Shown here: positions 37,459 to 48,300 of the stretch, in pieces
Layout of the letters: every line of letters begins with the position of its first letter
Numbering within the stretch: the stretch's first letter is position 1
NCBI GenBank assembly: GCA_903874955.1
Contig: CAIQTY010000030.1
Location: 7,846 to 71,845 of the forward strand
DNA: 64,000 nt
Direction: 5' to 3'
DNA from: an uncultured Alphaproteobacteria bacterium
GTDB lineage: Bacteria > Pseudomonadota > Alphaproteobacteria > Paracaedibacterales > CAITNM01
Program-made: the position numbers and the translations under genes
Notes under the pieces: model-generated
The model's database searches: none
What the model saw: the letters and a program-made list of their open reading frames with translations, nothing else
Told to the model about the DNA's origin: nothing

Positions 37459-37944
37459 GTGGATTTTTTCAAGACATTACCAAAAGAATCTACAATTATT
37501 GTCTATACCGATGGCGCCTGCAGTGGTAACCCTGGCCCAGGTGGTTGGGGAGTAGTTATAATTTGTGATGAAAAAATTCATGAATGGAATGGTGGTGAAG
37601 CCCAAACAACCAACAACCGCATGGAATTAATGGCCTGCATTGAAGCCTTAAAAACTATCCCTGAAGAGTTTTCTATGATCCTACGCACCGACAGCCGTTA
37701 CGTGCGAGATGGGATTAGCATGTGGATCAAAGGCTGGAAGAAAAACGGCTGGAAAACCGCTTCTAAAGCCCCTGTTAAAAATCAAGATCTCTGGCAAGAT
37801 CTCGATGCACTTTCCCAAAACCGCCCAATCACATGGGAATGGGTTGCAGCTCATAATGGGGAAGCTGGCAATGAACGGGCAGACATGCTGGCAAGGCAAG
37901 GAATTGTTACAGCTACAATGGGAATCAATCACCCTAAAAACTAA
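37459..37944 (+). CDS. rnhA: ribonuclease HI
   Basis: IIVYTDGACSGNPGPGGWG, TTNNRMELMACIEAL, TDSRYV, WVAAHNGEAGNERADMLA. Confidence 0.9.
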   Translation: MDFFKTLPKESTIIVYTDGACSGNPGPGGWGVVIICDEKIHEWNGGEAQTTNNRMELMACIEALKTIPEEFSMILRTDSRYVRDGISMWIKGWKKNGWKTASKAPVKNQDLWQDLDALSQNRPITWEWVAAHNGEAGNERADMLARQGIVTATMGINHPKN

Positions 37945-38411
37945 ACCAAATAATGCTTCACCAAATATGCGTCATTATCTAAAACAACTTGCCAACCTTT
38001 TTGATGCCCAGGACATAAAATAATAGGAGCTTTAGTATTAACGCTGATTCTCTGCTTTCCATCTTGGTTATGAATTGATGTAACAAGATAAATAGACACA
38101 TCACTCGGTTTCAAATTTCGTTTTTCAAAATGAACAGCTAAATCTTTCACCTTAATGATACCTTCACCTTTTGAACTAAACACAACATTCATAATAATCA
38201 GCGACAAGTCTGGTTCTTCAACAGATTGGAAATATCGATAAAATTCTGGAACATTTTCACTCGGCAAAGGGGTGATAACAAAACCCTTTAAATCTTCAAA
38301 ACCATAAATTCCATTTTCAAAGAAAAAAACATCTTGATTGGTATATTCTACCTCTCCCATTCTAGTTGTAAGACGTTTCTTAAAGGGCTTTACCGCTGTA
38401 ATTCCAATCAT
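37941..38411 (-). CDS. fliW: flagellar assembly factor FliW
   Basis: FENGIYGFEDLKGFVITPL...FQSVEEPDLSLIIMNV...APIILC pattern; 156 aa. Directly downstream of flgL. Confidence 0.8.
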   Translation of the reverse strand: MIGITAVKPFKKRLTTRMGEVEYTNQDVFFFENGIYGFEDLKGFVITPLPSENVPEFYRYFQSVEEPDLSLIIMNVVFSSKGEGIIKVKDLAVHFEKRNLKPSDVSIYLVTSIHNQDGKQRISVNTKAPIILCPGHQKGWQVVLDNDAYLVKHYLV

Positions 38412-38415
38412 TTGT

Positions 38416-39351
38416 TTAACCTCTTTTTAGTATTTCAGATGCTTCTTGTATTTTACGACTCTGTTGCGCAAACAAGTATTGCTGTATGTCTTCAATAACT
38501 GACATGGTCGTGACTTGAGAAAGTAATTTTTCGACCCTATCTTCGGTTACGTTTTCACGCAGACTAATTGCTTGACCGATTAAATCGGATAATTCTTCAT
38601 CGTATTCCATAACCGTATTAAGTTGGGCTAATTGCTGGTAATAGGTCGATAAAAGTGACTTGTAAGCTTTTCCAGCTGTAGCGCTGGCTTGATCAGATGC
38701 AGGGTCAGCCCCAGTCGTGGAATTACAAAGCTGAAAAATTGCAGAATAAAGATCAGCTACTTCTGCGGAAAAGTCATTACCTGTAAAAGAAATCGTATCA
38801 CCGGCATCATTAATATAAATAGTTATAGCACCAGATACTGGAGTACTATATTCTTTTGGGCCATGAACAATTCCAGATATTTCAGCGAGACCGTTTCCAT
38901 TAGTTGGAGACGGAAAGCTCACTATGGGTGAATTTTGGGTTGCAATACCACCCATGGCGTATTCTCCAGATACAGGGTCAATTTTATTGCCAATGCTAAA
39001 AAACTTATCAATATAATTTTGTTGAGTAGATGCTAAGCCTGGTTTAACACCGCCGAGCGTGTAACTTCCAGGCATAAATTCATGATGAATTTCCTTTGCT
39101 AATTTCATAAAATCGTCAAGCACAAGCAATTGAGTTTTTAAACGACTTTCTACAAGTTTATTACCCTTTTCGAACCCTTCCAGTCGCTGAATTTGATTCG
39201 TAGATTTAATACTAACATCAATTTGGGAAGAGCTTTTATCAGACCACGGCGCTTCTGCCCCTGCTGAAGCAAGTTTTTCGCTATACTGCATACGCTTATT
39301 GCGAATATAGCTCAAGCTATTTGCCAAAAAATCTAAATCACCTACAGCCAT
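38416..39351 (-). CDS. flgL: flagellar hook-associated protein 3 (FlgL)-like
   Basis: Called mainly from its position after flgK, its size (311 aa) and helical termini. Direct motif similarity to flagellin N/C domains is weak. Confidence 0.55.
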   Translation of the reverse strand: MAVGDLDFLANSLSYIRNKRMQYSEKLASAGAEAPWSDKSSSQIDVSIKSTNQIQRLEGFEKGNKLVESRLKTQLLVLDDFMKLAKEIHHEFMPGSYTLGGVKPGLASTQQNYIDKFFSIGNKIDPVSGEYAMGGIATQNSPIVSFPSPTNGNGLAEISGIVHGPKEYSTPVSGAITIYINDAGDTISFTGNDFSAEVADLYSAIFQLCNSTTGADPASDQASATAGKAYKSLLSTYYQQLAQLNTVMEYDEELSDLIGQAISLRENVTEDRVEKLLSQVTTMSVIEDIQQYLFAQQSRKIQEASEILKRG

Positions 39352-39377
39352 TTAAAACTCCTCATTTTAAAATTCCA

Positions 39378-41360
39378 TTATCTTCCCATATCAGCAATAC
39401 GGCCAATCATACGCCAGTAATTATTAAGAAAACTAAAATACAAATCTTGGCTTTTCGAAATTTGCATAGATCGCATCGCTATCTCTTGTTCGTCCATACC
39501 ATAATTTTGTGAAAAAAGTGCCTCTTGTTGTCTATAAGCCTCAGACTGGGCTTCCATATCCGACTTGAGAAAACCAACTTCACTTGCAACTTGATTAACC
39601 AAACTTGTAGAAAAGGATTCTAAAGTCTGCGTGACTGTTGCCCCTGTTGGTGTTACGAACTTAGTATTCGTTCTGGTAAACAGATCACTCAAAGCACGAC
39701 CAATACTTGGATCTCCAGATACAGCCTGAGCAGCAAGATCAAGTGTTTCATCATTTCTCAATTGTCTAATAGAAAAGCCGTTGGGGTTACTGAGGATCGT
39801 ACTATTAACACTAATCGATGAAGCTAAACCAGCAATAGTACCATCGCGCCAAAATTGCGGCTGCGTCGTAATAAAATCATTTAAATGAAAAAATTCAGCG
39901 AATCCATAAGCTGTAGATCCGACCGTACTAAGAGAAACCGTAGGTAGGGCTTGACCAGAAACACTTCCAAGGCTTACTCCGCAACCAGCATCTGATGTGC
40001 TAATTTGAAGCGTCCCATTAACAATAGTTGCATTAACATGCCCTGCAAGCGTTGGATTGTTATTAATCAAGTAACATAAGCCATTTACATCAGTTGCTTG
40101 ATATATAGTTGAACCTTGGGCAATCGCTGAAGATAGATCTATATCCGCTGTAGCAGTAGCAACATTAGAAGTATTGTTAATGACGGCAACCCTGAGAACA
40201 CCCTGAGCTGTAATAGGTAATGCACCCACAACACTGCTTCCCCCGATATATCCTGGCCCTCCTTGCAAAATTGGCGCTGGATTAATGGCAGAACTCAAAT
40301 TATGAACCGCGTTAAACGAATCACGTAATCCTGCTGCATAGCTATCAAGCTGCTGTCCAAATTGAACAGAATCAGTTTGAAGAAATTGCATTAGACCTGA
40401 TAAAGATCCTCCAAGCGAATTACTAAAATCTTTTGAGACATCAAAAATGAAAGCTTCTTGCCTGCGATCATAATAATTAGGATCCCCAGGATAATTAGGA
40501 TTTGTAGAACTGGTATCTGTTCCCGTTGATGGAGACTCCTGCGAAGTTGTGTCAGCACCTATAGATTGTAAAGAAATTGTTCCCGGTCCAAAAGTTTGAG
40601 AAGCATCAATTTGGGCTGCCGGTGAAAAAATATACTGAGCTGCCAAAGAATCTTGAACAATGACCCTACCGTTTGGAGTATAGACTAAGAAAGAACCAGT
40701 TTTATCTGAAACCTGAATTTGCATATATTCAGATAATTTATCAAGCATCACTCTTCGTTGACGTAAATACGAAATATTGCTACCAGAAGCACTTCCAGAA
40801 GTACTCATACTGGCATTAATCCCAGCTATATCTGTTAGAAGTTGGTTGATTTCAGCTATTTGGCCAGCAAAATCATTCGATGCGCTGTTTCGGATGTTTT
40901 GTAATGTATTAGCTGCATTTGCTATTTGACGAAGATGATCTTTAACAGCATTGATCACAGCCATTTTGTTGGCCGGAATATCTCCCCCTTGGCTGCAAAT
41001 TGTGTTGATAGTGGTTACTATTTTGTTACCACTATTAATGAAGGTATTAGTGCCTCCCATGTGACCAAAGACTTTTTCAAATTCAGCAAGGTACTTTTGT
41101 AAATTTTCACTACTCTTTATTTGAGAGCTCAAACCCCTTAATTGATTTTCCGCGTCTCCATCGGTAACTTCCTTGACTTCCCCTTCGCTAATACCGATTG
41201 CATTTCCGTTGGAGTAGTATATGGAAGATTCTTGAATTGTTTTTGTAAAACCTGGTTGATCCATTGCGATCATATCAAGTTCTAGGTGCTTCATTTCTCT
41301 AAATTTTTGCCGTAACCCTGCTAGAGCCAGACCTGCACCAGAACCCCAAATTTCAGTCAT
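39378..41360 (-). CDS. flgK: flagellar hook-associated protein 1 FlgK
   Basis: 660 aa. N-terminal rod/hook-type helix and C-terminal GMDEQEIAMRSMQISKSQDLYFSFL, compared with the FlgK GVNLDEE..L..YQ.AYQA pattern. Confidence 0.8.
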   Translation of the reverse strand: MTEIWGSGAGLALAGLRQKFREMKHLELDMIAMDQPGFTKTIQESSIYYSNGNAIGISEGEVKEVTDGDAENQLRGLSSQIKSSENLQKYLAEFEKVFGHMGGTNTFINSGNKIVTTINTICSQGGDIPANKMAVINAVKDHLRQIANAANTLQNIRNSASNDFAGQIAEINQLLTDIAGINASMSTSGSASGSNISYLRQRRVMLDKLSEYMQIQVSDKTGSFLVYTPNGRVIVQDSLAAQYIFSPAAQIDASQTFGPGTISLQSIGADTTSQESPSTGTDTSSTNPNYPGDPNYYDRRQEAFIFDVSKDFSNSLGGSLSGLMQFLQTDSVQFGQQLDSYAAGLRDSFNAVHNLSSAINPAPILQGGPGYIGGSSVVGALPITAQGVLRVAVINNTSNVATATADIDLSSAIAQGSTIYQATDVNGLCYLINNNPTLAGHVNATIVNGTLQISTSDAGCGVSLGSVSGQALPTVSLSTVGSTAYGFAEFFHLNDFITTQPQFWRDGTIAGLASSISVNSTILSNPNGFSIRQLRNDETLDLAAQAVSGDPSIGRALSDLFTRTNTKFVTPTGATVTQTLESFSTSLVNQVASEVGFLKSDMEAQSEAYRQQEALFSQNYGMDEQEIAMRSMQISKSQDLYFSFLNNYWRMIGRIADMGR

Positions 41361-41372
41361 ACTGACCCCCTC

Positions 41373-41813
41373 CTACGCCATTTGCTGCACACCAAGGCTT
41401 GGCGCGTAAGAAGTTTCAAACATTTTTCCTGAAGATGTATAAAAAAATGGCTTAATTTTTATTTTATCAAAACACAGTTCCATGAGTTTCTTACTACCGC
41501 GTTTTGAAATATCTAATAAACTAATATTGTTTTTCATTCCTAGAACAACAGCTTTGAGTAAACGATTTACGTTTTGTTGTTCAGGCTTACTCAGCTGCTT
41601 CCAACAAGATTGTTCAAGAATTTGCGAAGCCAAGTCTTGATTAGCTTCAAAAAGTTCCGTTTTCTTTTGAAGAAAAGAATCTAATTCGTTTAATCTCACG
41701 TCTTTAATGTATTGCTCTTCCATTTGCATAACTTGCAATAAACTTTCAGCTGACGTGCAAAATCGGTCATAAATTTCAGAGAAGGACATTAACAATTCCT
41801 TTCTTTTGATCAT
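41373..41813 (-). CDS. FlgN-like flagellar export chaperone (tentative)
   Basis: Small helical protein immediately upstream of flgK, as flgN is in many operons. No strong motif. The start could be the Met at 41789. Confidence 0.35.
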   Translation of the reverse strand: MIKRKELLMSFSEIYDRFCTSAESLLQVMQMEEQYIKDVRLNELDSFLQKKTELFEANQDLASQILEQSCWKQLSKPEQQNVNRLLKAVVLGMKNNISLLDISKRGSKKLMELCFDKIKIKPFFYTSSGKMFETSYAPSLGVQQMA

Positions 41814-42183
41814 CTAGCTCTTTTGCAGCTTTTTGCTGAGAATTTGGAAACGATGCTTCTGAGTTTTTTTCCAAACCCATACTGGTATAAAGACTCTTTT
41901 TGATGCTAGCTCGGATATTCAGAGATTCAGCACCACCAGAATGTGAAAGTGCATCGATAAACATAGAACGCAATATTCCAGCAGCGTGGCTGTCACCCCA
42001 CAAAGCACTGTCTTGAGTAGTTGAAAACATTGATTTTACTAAATTGGCGTAACACATCGACTGAAATTCCCCGGCGACCCTATCAATTTCTTTTTCACTA
42101 GTTCGACTAGAAGCAAGAGATTCCAGTCTATTCATGCTAGATTGTGAAGAAAGCGATGAAATATCGATATTCGGTTGAATCAT
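41776..42183 (-). CDS. flagellar rod-binding protein (FlgJ N-terminal domain-like, no muramidase domain)
   Basis: AGEFQSMCYANLVKSMF...LWGDSHAAGILRSMFIDALSHSGG resembles the Rod-binding (FlgJ N-terminal / CheL) family. Located after flgI. Confidence 0.7.
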   Translation of the reverse strand: MIQPNIDISSLSSQSSMNRLESLASSRTSEKEIDRVAGEFQSMCYANLVKSMFSTTQDSALWGDSHAAGILRSMFIDALSHSGGAESLNIRASIKKSLYTSMGLEKNSEASFPNSQQKAAKELDDQKKGIVNVLL

Positions 42184-42186
42184 TAT

Positions 42187-43839
42187 CTAACTCACTATAA
42201 CTTCTGCGTGTAATGCACCAGCTGATTTTATACTTTGCAAAATTTGTGCCATTTCCCTTGGAGACGTGCCCAAAAGGTTTAGAGCATTTACAAGTTCTTC
42301 CAAATCAGCACCTGCATCTAAAATTGCAAATTTTCCTTTTTGCTCCTCAATTTTTAGATTTGTTTCAGGCACGATAGTTGCTTGCTGCAAAGGCGTATTG
42401 GTATTCAGTGCTGCATTTATCATAGAAGGAGCTTGATTTAAAAAGTTTTGCCCAGAATTTCCAGATTTCGCAGGCGTAGTAGGTTCAGCAGGAATAGCTG
42501 CAATCGCTTTAGATATCTGAGCAGGAGTAGCCGTAGTGGGCAAAGCTTTCAATGCTGTGGCTACAATTGCAGGAGAGACATCCCCAGGAATAACAGCTGT
42601 AGCAGCCTCGGCTGCACCATCGGCTTTAGGAACAATAGCATTTATTGCCGCTGCTATGGCTGATGCAGAAGCCGTTGCAGGAAGGGCTGCAAGGACTCCA
42701 CCTATTGCTGCGGGATCTGCACCCACTGGAATAAGAGTTGTTGCTGAAGGCTGCGTTGATGCTTTCGCTGAAGTTTGAGACAAATCAGATTGTCCTTGAA
42801 TATTCGTACCATTAACTGCCAACCCCAGTCCCAAAGGAGCCCCAGAATTATTCGCTAGAGGATTAACAACCTGCGTAAATGGATTCGGCTGAGAAACCGA
42901 TGCAGATTCAGCAATACGAACAGTAATTGATCCATGGGTTAGTGCCACTGTGCTAACACGAACTTTATTTCCAAGCACAATCACACCCGAAGGATCGATA
43001 ATGACTTTAGCGATCTGATCCGGCTCAATCTCTAGCTGTTCAATTTGGGTCATGGCATCGATAACTTTTTGCAAAGACCCCTTAGGTAATTCAACGTTTA
43101 TAGAAGCTGAATCCTGCGTGGAGGCAACAGTGCGTTGAAAATGCCCATTGATTGCTTCTGCAACACGTTTTGCCGTTGTTAGATCAGGGCTATGAAGACT
43201 TAAAGTTTGATTTTTAAGATCTGTCAGTTGGAAAGTAATTTCCTTTTCAACAATGGCGCCGTTTGGAATTTTCGCGCTTGTTGGTATTCCTGTTACTTGA
43301 GAAGCTGCTGCGCCGCCTGCAGCAACACCTGAAACAATAACTTCCCCCTGCCCAACCGCATAAACTTCGCCATCAGCACCCATCAAGGGAGTAACTAGCA
43401 AATTTCCACCGTTCAAATCCTTCGCATCGCCAAGCGCAGAAACAACAATATCGATTGTTGTTCCTGTTCTTGCAAAAGGAGGTAATTTAGCCGTTACCAT
43501 TACAGCTGCTACGTTTTTACCCGAAGGAACAGAACCATCACGAATATTAACCCCTAAACGCTCAAGCATTCCCGTTAGACTTTCTTTGGTATAGGGTGAG
43601 CTTGCTAAGGTATCCCCCGTTCCATTTAAACCAACGACTAGACCATATCCAACCAGTTGGTTATCGCGAATACCAGCAAATCTGGAAATGTCTTTAATAC
43701 GAACTCTAAGAGCTTTATTTGAAGAAGCTGGTGTGCGAATCACTGCTTTATGAGTAATAAGTTGAGGCTCCTTTAATACAGCTCCCGCATAAACAGTGAA
43801 GCTAAAAATGCAGCATAAAATGGTATATAAAATAACCAT
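42187..43839 (-). CDS. flgI: flagellar P-ring protein FlgI with a ~165-aa internal low-complexity insertion
   Basis: VRIKDISRFAGIRDNQLVGYGLVVGLNGTGD, LVTPLMGADGEVYAVGQG, THGSITVRI...VSQPNPF, then C-terminal LEELVNALNLLGTSPREMAQILQSIKSAGALHAEVIV. Total 550 aa, versus roughly 370 aa that I recall as typical. Confidence 0.9.
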   Translation of the reverse strand: MVILYTILCCIFSFTVYAGAVLKEPQLITHKAVIRTPASSNKALRVRIKDISRFAGIRDNQLVGYGLVVGLNGTGDTLASSPYTKESLTGMLERLGVNIRDGSVPSGKNVAAVMVTAKLPPFARTGTTIDIVVSALGDAKDLNGGNLLVTPLMGADGEVYAVGQGEVIVSGVAAGGAAASQVTGIPTSAKIPNGAIVEKEITFQLTDLKNQTLSLHSPDLTTAKRVAEAINGHFQRTVASTQDSASINVELPKGSLQKVIDAMTQIEQLEIEPDQIAKVIIDPSGVIVLGNKVRVSTVALTHGSITVRIAESASVSQPNPFTQVVNPLANNSGAPLGLGLAVNGTNIQGQSDLSQTSAKASTQPSATTLIPVGADPAAIGGVLAALPATASASAIAAAINAIVPKADGAAEAATAVIPGDVSPAIVATALKALPTTATPAQISKAIAAIPAEPTTPAKSGNSGQNFLNQAPSMINAALNTNTPLQQATIVPETNLKIEEQKGKFAILDAGADLEELVNALNLLGTSPREMAQILQSIKSAGALHAEVIVS

Positions 43840-43866
43840 GACAACCCTTTCCGTTGTCCTGGTTCA

Positions 43867-43882
43867 TGCAATTATTGTGCCA
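43867..43882 (-). promoter_or_regulatory. sigma-54 (RpoN) -24/-12 promoter upstream of flgI
   Basis: The minus strand reads TGGCAC-aataa-TTGCA, a perfect consensus. It lies 28 nt upstream of the flgI ATG, and a GGAAAGGG RBS lies in between. Confidence 0.75.
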
Positions 43883-43888
43883 ATAAAT

Positions 43889-45313
43889 TTACTTTGAGAG
43901 TTTGTTAATACTTGCTTTATGCCAGCCACCACCGAGCGATTTGACTAAAGCAACTGAAGAAACCATTCTTCGTTGTAAAATTGTATTCAGGTTAATTCTA
44001 GTGGTATGAAGGTTGATTTGAGCAGTTATCACATCAGACAAAGCGGCTATTCCTGAAATATATTCAGCTGTTACAAGCTCAAGTTGTAATTTAGCATTAC
44101 CTACTGCTTCTTTTTGAGTTTTAACTTCTTTTTCAAGCAAACGCAAAGAAACCAAGTTATCTTCTGTGTCTTGAAACGCGGCAAGAACTACTTTTCGGTA
44201 ATTAGCAACAGCTTGGTCGTAGTTTGCAACTGCTGAATTTTCCTTAGCTCTCAAAAGCCCTCCATCAAAAATAGTTGCCGCCAATTGAGGTCCCATCGAC
44301 CAAATGTAGTAAGGTGCAGATAACATTTTCCCAAAACTAGAATTTTCAACGCCGCGTGAACCACTGAGGGTGAGCGTTGGAAAAAATGCAGTAGCTGCAA
44401 CACCGATTTCTTCGTTTGCTGCTGCCATGGCTCGTTCAGCTTGAGCAATATCTGGACGTCTTTCCAGCAATTGTGAAGGTAATAAAACTGGAATAGAAGG
44501 AGGAACTAAATCAACATTTTTCGGAGAAATTGAAAAACTACAAGCAGGTTCTCCAACTAAAACGGCGATAGCATGTTCGTATTGAGATCTAAGAACACCA
44601 TTGTCGATCGCTTGGACTTCTGCAGCATCTAACTGACTCTTTATGGTCACAATATTTAACCTAGAGTCCACACCTTCTTTAAATCTATCAGTCGTAATTT
44701 TAAGTAATTTCTTAATAACTTCAACATTTACATCTAATATTTTTTGCTGCAAATCTAAAGCGCATAACTGAAAATAATATTGAGCAAGCGAAGTCTGCAT
44801 AGAAAGTTTGGTTGCTGCAAGTTGAGCGGCTGAAGCTTGCGCACTTGCTTCATTAGCTGAAACCGTATGGGAAATATTACCCCATAAATCTGGTTCCCAA
44901 GAGACAGTTGCTGAAGCGGTTGAACTTACAGTTGGTGTAGCATTTTTATTGGTAGAAGATGGTATAGGTTTTTGTTTTAAAACATAACCTGAAGCTCCAA
45001 GAGTTGGAGAAAACGGTGCAGTTGATTGATCAACCAAAGATAATGCTTGTTTATATTGTGCATAAGATATTGCTATATCTTGATTCGCATTATTAAGTTT
45101 TATAATTAAATCGTTAAGACCTTCATCACCAAAAATTTTCCACCATTCACCCCTGTCTATTTCATCCAGGGGAGTTGCTAATTTCCATTGATCAGACATT
45201 TCTTTAAAATTATTTGGTAAAGTGATGTTGGGCACAACATAATCAGGCCCCCTGCTGCAAGAACTTAACAGAAGCACGCTAATTAATATCTTGATAACAG
45301 AGCGTTTTTGCAT
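43889..45313 (-). CDS. RND efflux outer-membrane factor lipoprotein (NodT / OpmB-type)
   Basis: Lipobox LLLSSCS and two OEP repeats. Last gene of the RND operon. Confidence 0.85.
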   Translation of the reverse strand: MQKRSVIKILISVLLLSSCSRGPDYVVPNITLPNNFKEMSDQWKLATPLDEIDRGEWWKIFGDEGLNDLIIKLNNANQDIAISYAQYKQALSLVDQSTAPFSPTLGASGYVLKQKPIPSSTNKNATPTVSSTASATVSWEPDLWGNISHTVSANEASAQASAAQLAATKLSMQTSLAQYYFQLCALDLQQKILDVNVEVIKKLLKITTDRFKEGVDSRLNIVTIKSQLDAAEVQAIDNGVLRSQYEHAIAVLVGEPACSFSISPKNVDLVPPSIPVLLPSQLLERRPDIAQAERAMAAANEEIGVAATAFFPTLTLSGSRGVENSSFGKMLSAPYYIWSMGPQLAATIFDGGLLRAKENSAVANYDQAVANYRKVVLAAFQDTEDNLVSLRLLEKEVKTQKEAVGNAKLQLELVTAEYISGIAALSDVITAQINLHTTRINLNTILQRRMVSSVALVKSLGGGWHKASINKLSK

Positions 45314-45395
45314 CTGAAGAAGAAAACTCTTAGGTTATAGCATTTAAGAGTATTTTAGTGCTCTAGGTATTAATAAAATATTAAATAAAATATAA

Positions 45396-48300
45396 TTAAA
45401 TTTTTTGATAATTTTCTGATAATGACGATCTTCTAAAACGCTTTGAGATACGTTCAAAGGTCAGATAAATGACCGGCGTTGTATACAAAGTAACAATCTG
45501 ACTAAGAATTAAGCCCCCAATAATTGAAATCCCCAGAGGTTTTCTAAGCTCAGCACCATCACCATTACTCACCACTAAGGGTAATGCACTCAATAAGGCT
45601 GTTACTGTGGTCATCATAATAGGGCGGAACCGCATAATGCATGCTTCATATATCGCAACTTGAGGTGATCTCTTACGCTTTCTTTGAATGTCTAAAGCAA
45701 AGTCAATAATCATAATCGCATTTTTCTTCACAATGCCGATCAATAATAAAATCCCTATCAACGCGATAACATTCAATTCACCACCTGTTAACATCAATCC
45801 TAAAAAGGCACCAACCCCTGCAGAAGGCAAAGTTGATAAAATAGTCACCGGATGAATAGTGCTTTCATAAAGTATACCCAAAACAATATACACCGCTACT
45901 AACGCTGCCAAAATCAGGTACGGTTCTGATGCTAAGGATTTTTGAAAGGCTTGTGCTGTGCCTTGGAAAGAACCTTGAATTTTATCGACCGGCAAACCAA
46001 TTTTCTCTATAGTTTCTCGCATTTTATCGATTGCATCTCCGAGGGAATAACCTGGAAGTAAATTAAAAGAAATCGTAGCAGCAGGAAGTTGATCATGATG
46101 ATTAACAACAAGCAACGTCGAATTAGGCACAAAATCTACAAACGTGGAGAGAGGCACTTGCTTACCGTTAGGTGAATTAACATAAAATTCTTTCAAGATA
46201 CTCGGATCTCTCCATAGTCTTGGAGGTACGCCCATCACTACGTGATACTGGTTCATTAGGGTGTACGTTTTTGAAACCTGACGCTGACCAAACGCATCAT
46301 ACAATACATCATCAATTATTGAAGGAGTAACGCCTAATCTTGAGGCATTTTCTCGATTAATTTTTAATAAAATCTCTAAACCTTGGTTTAATTGATCGGT
46401 ATTTACATCAACAACGCCAGTCACTTTAGCAAATTCTTTTAATAGAATCGGAGACCACTTGTTCAGTGTTTCAAGATCATAAGCAGATAAAGTATATTGA
46501 AAATCAGCGCTTGTTTGGCGCGCACCAACAACAATATCTTGAGAAGCCCTGAGGAATAAACTTGCTCCTGTTATCACACCGAATTTTTTTCTTAATCTGT
46601 TAATAATTTCATCAGCAGATACGTGATCCCTCTCCTTCAAGTCTTTTAGAGTTATAAATATCCTACCTGAATTAGTTGTGGCAGAGTTGCTACCCCCAAC
46701 ATATCCAGTCACGTGTTTAACCCCGGGATCATCCCCAACGATTTTCATATATTGGGCAAGTTTATCTTTTAACGAATGAAATGAAATATCTTGTTGAGCC
46801 TGCAGTGATCCGGAAATTCGACCGGTATCTTGTATGGGAAAGAAACCTTTTGAGATTGTTGTAAACAAAAAAACATTTAGCATAATAGTACATGCAGTCA
46901 GCGAAAGCATTAATCCGGGCCGACGCAAGGCCCAAGCAAGCGATGCTCTGTACTTTTTTCTAAGCCACTGAATTAAATCAAATTTACTGTTTTGCTCATC
47001 ACTTTTGGCAGATATTAAATATGCCGACATCATTGGCGTTATCGTCAACGAAACGAACATAGATACCAATATTGAAATTGATAAAGATATTGAAAACTCC
47101 CGAAAGAGCCTACCCACTATTCCATTCATCAAAAGAATAGGAATAAAAACTGCTATTAGGGAAAAACTCATTGAAATAACAGTGAAAGATACTTCTGAAG
47201 CACCTAGTATGGCAGCTTGCAGGGGCTTTTTTCCTGATTCAATGTGCCGAGATATATTTTCAACAACAACAACTGCATCATCCACGACGAATCCCGTGGC
47301 GATAGTCAATGCCATCAGCGATAAGTTATCGAGGCTGTAACCAAGCAAATACATAATGCCAAAGGTGCCAAGAAGCGAGAGTGGCACGGCAATACTTGGA
47401 ACCAAGGCAGCCCTGAAATTCCCTAAGAATTTATAGATAACAAGAATGACGAGTAATATTGATAATACAAGTGTAAATTTTACTTCATGCAAAGAAGCCC
47501 TAATAGTTGTAGTACGATCCATCACAATATTAAGGTTAATATTTGCTGGAATTGTGAGCCTTAGATAATCCAGAGAATTTTTAATACCATCAACTGTCTC
47601 AATAATGTTAGATCCTGGTCGTTTGAAGACAACAAGAAGCACAGTTGGCTTACCATTTGAAAACCCTGCATTTCTTATGTCTTCTACTGAATCATAAACA
47701 TTGGCAACATCTGAGAGTTTTACTACAGCGTTATTTTTGTAAGATAATATTAGTGATTTGTAGGCCTCTGCCTTAAAAAGCTGATCTGAAGCCAAAATTT
47801 CAAAACTTTTATCGCCTTCTGTCACCTGCCCTTTAGGAAAGTTAATATTAGCTTTGGCAAGCAAATTTCGAACATCTTGAGACCCCAAACCATATTCATT
47901 AAGAGCCATCAGATTTAAATCAACACGAACGGCAGGCAGTGAACTACCAGCCACAATTACTTGCCCTACCCCATCAATTTGGGATAATTTTTGCTGCAAA
48001 ATTGTGGATGCTATGTCGTACATCTCACCAGTTGTCGATAAAGGTGACGTTAGAGCAATAACCATGATTGGTGGATCAGCTGGATTAACAATGCGGTAAG
48101 TTGGCTGACTCGGAAGCTGCGTAGGAAGTGAACTCTTTGAAGCAATAATAGCCGCTTGAACGTCACGCGCAGCCCCGTTGATGTTGCGATCGAGATCAAA
48201 CTGAATATTAACGGTCGTTGATCCAAGACCACTGGCAGAGGTCATTTCAGCAACACCAGAAATAAGCCCAAGCTGTCTTTCAAGAGGTGTAGCAACAGAA

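Noticed and set aside
42448-42778. Plus-strand ORFs (71 and 80 aa) inside flgI
   Set aside because: They are antisense to the GC-rich insertion of flgI. Their Arg/Ser-rich and Ala-rich translations are typical of spurious frames.
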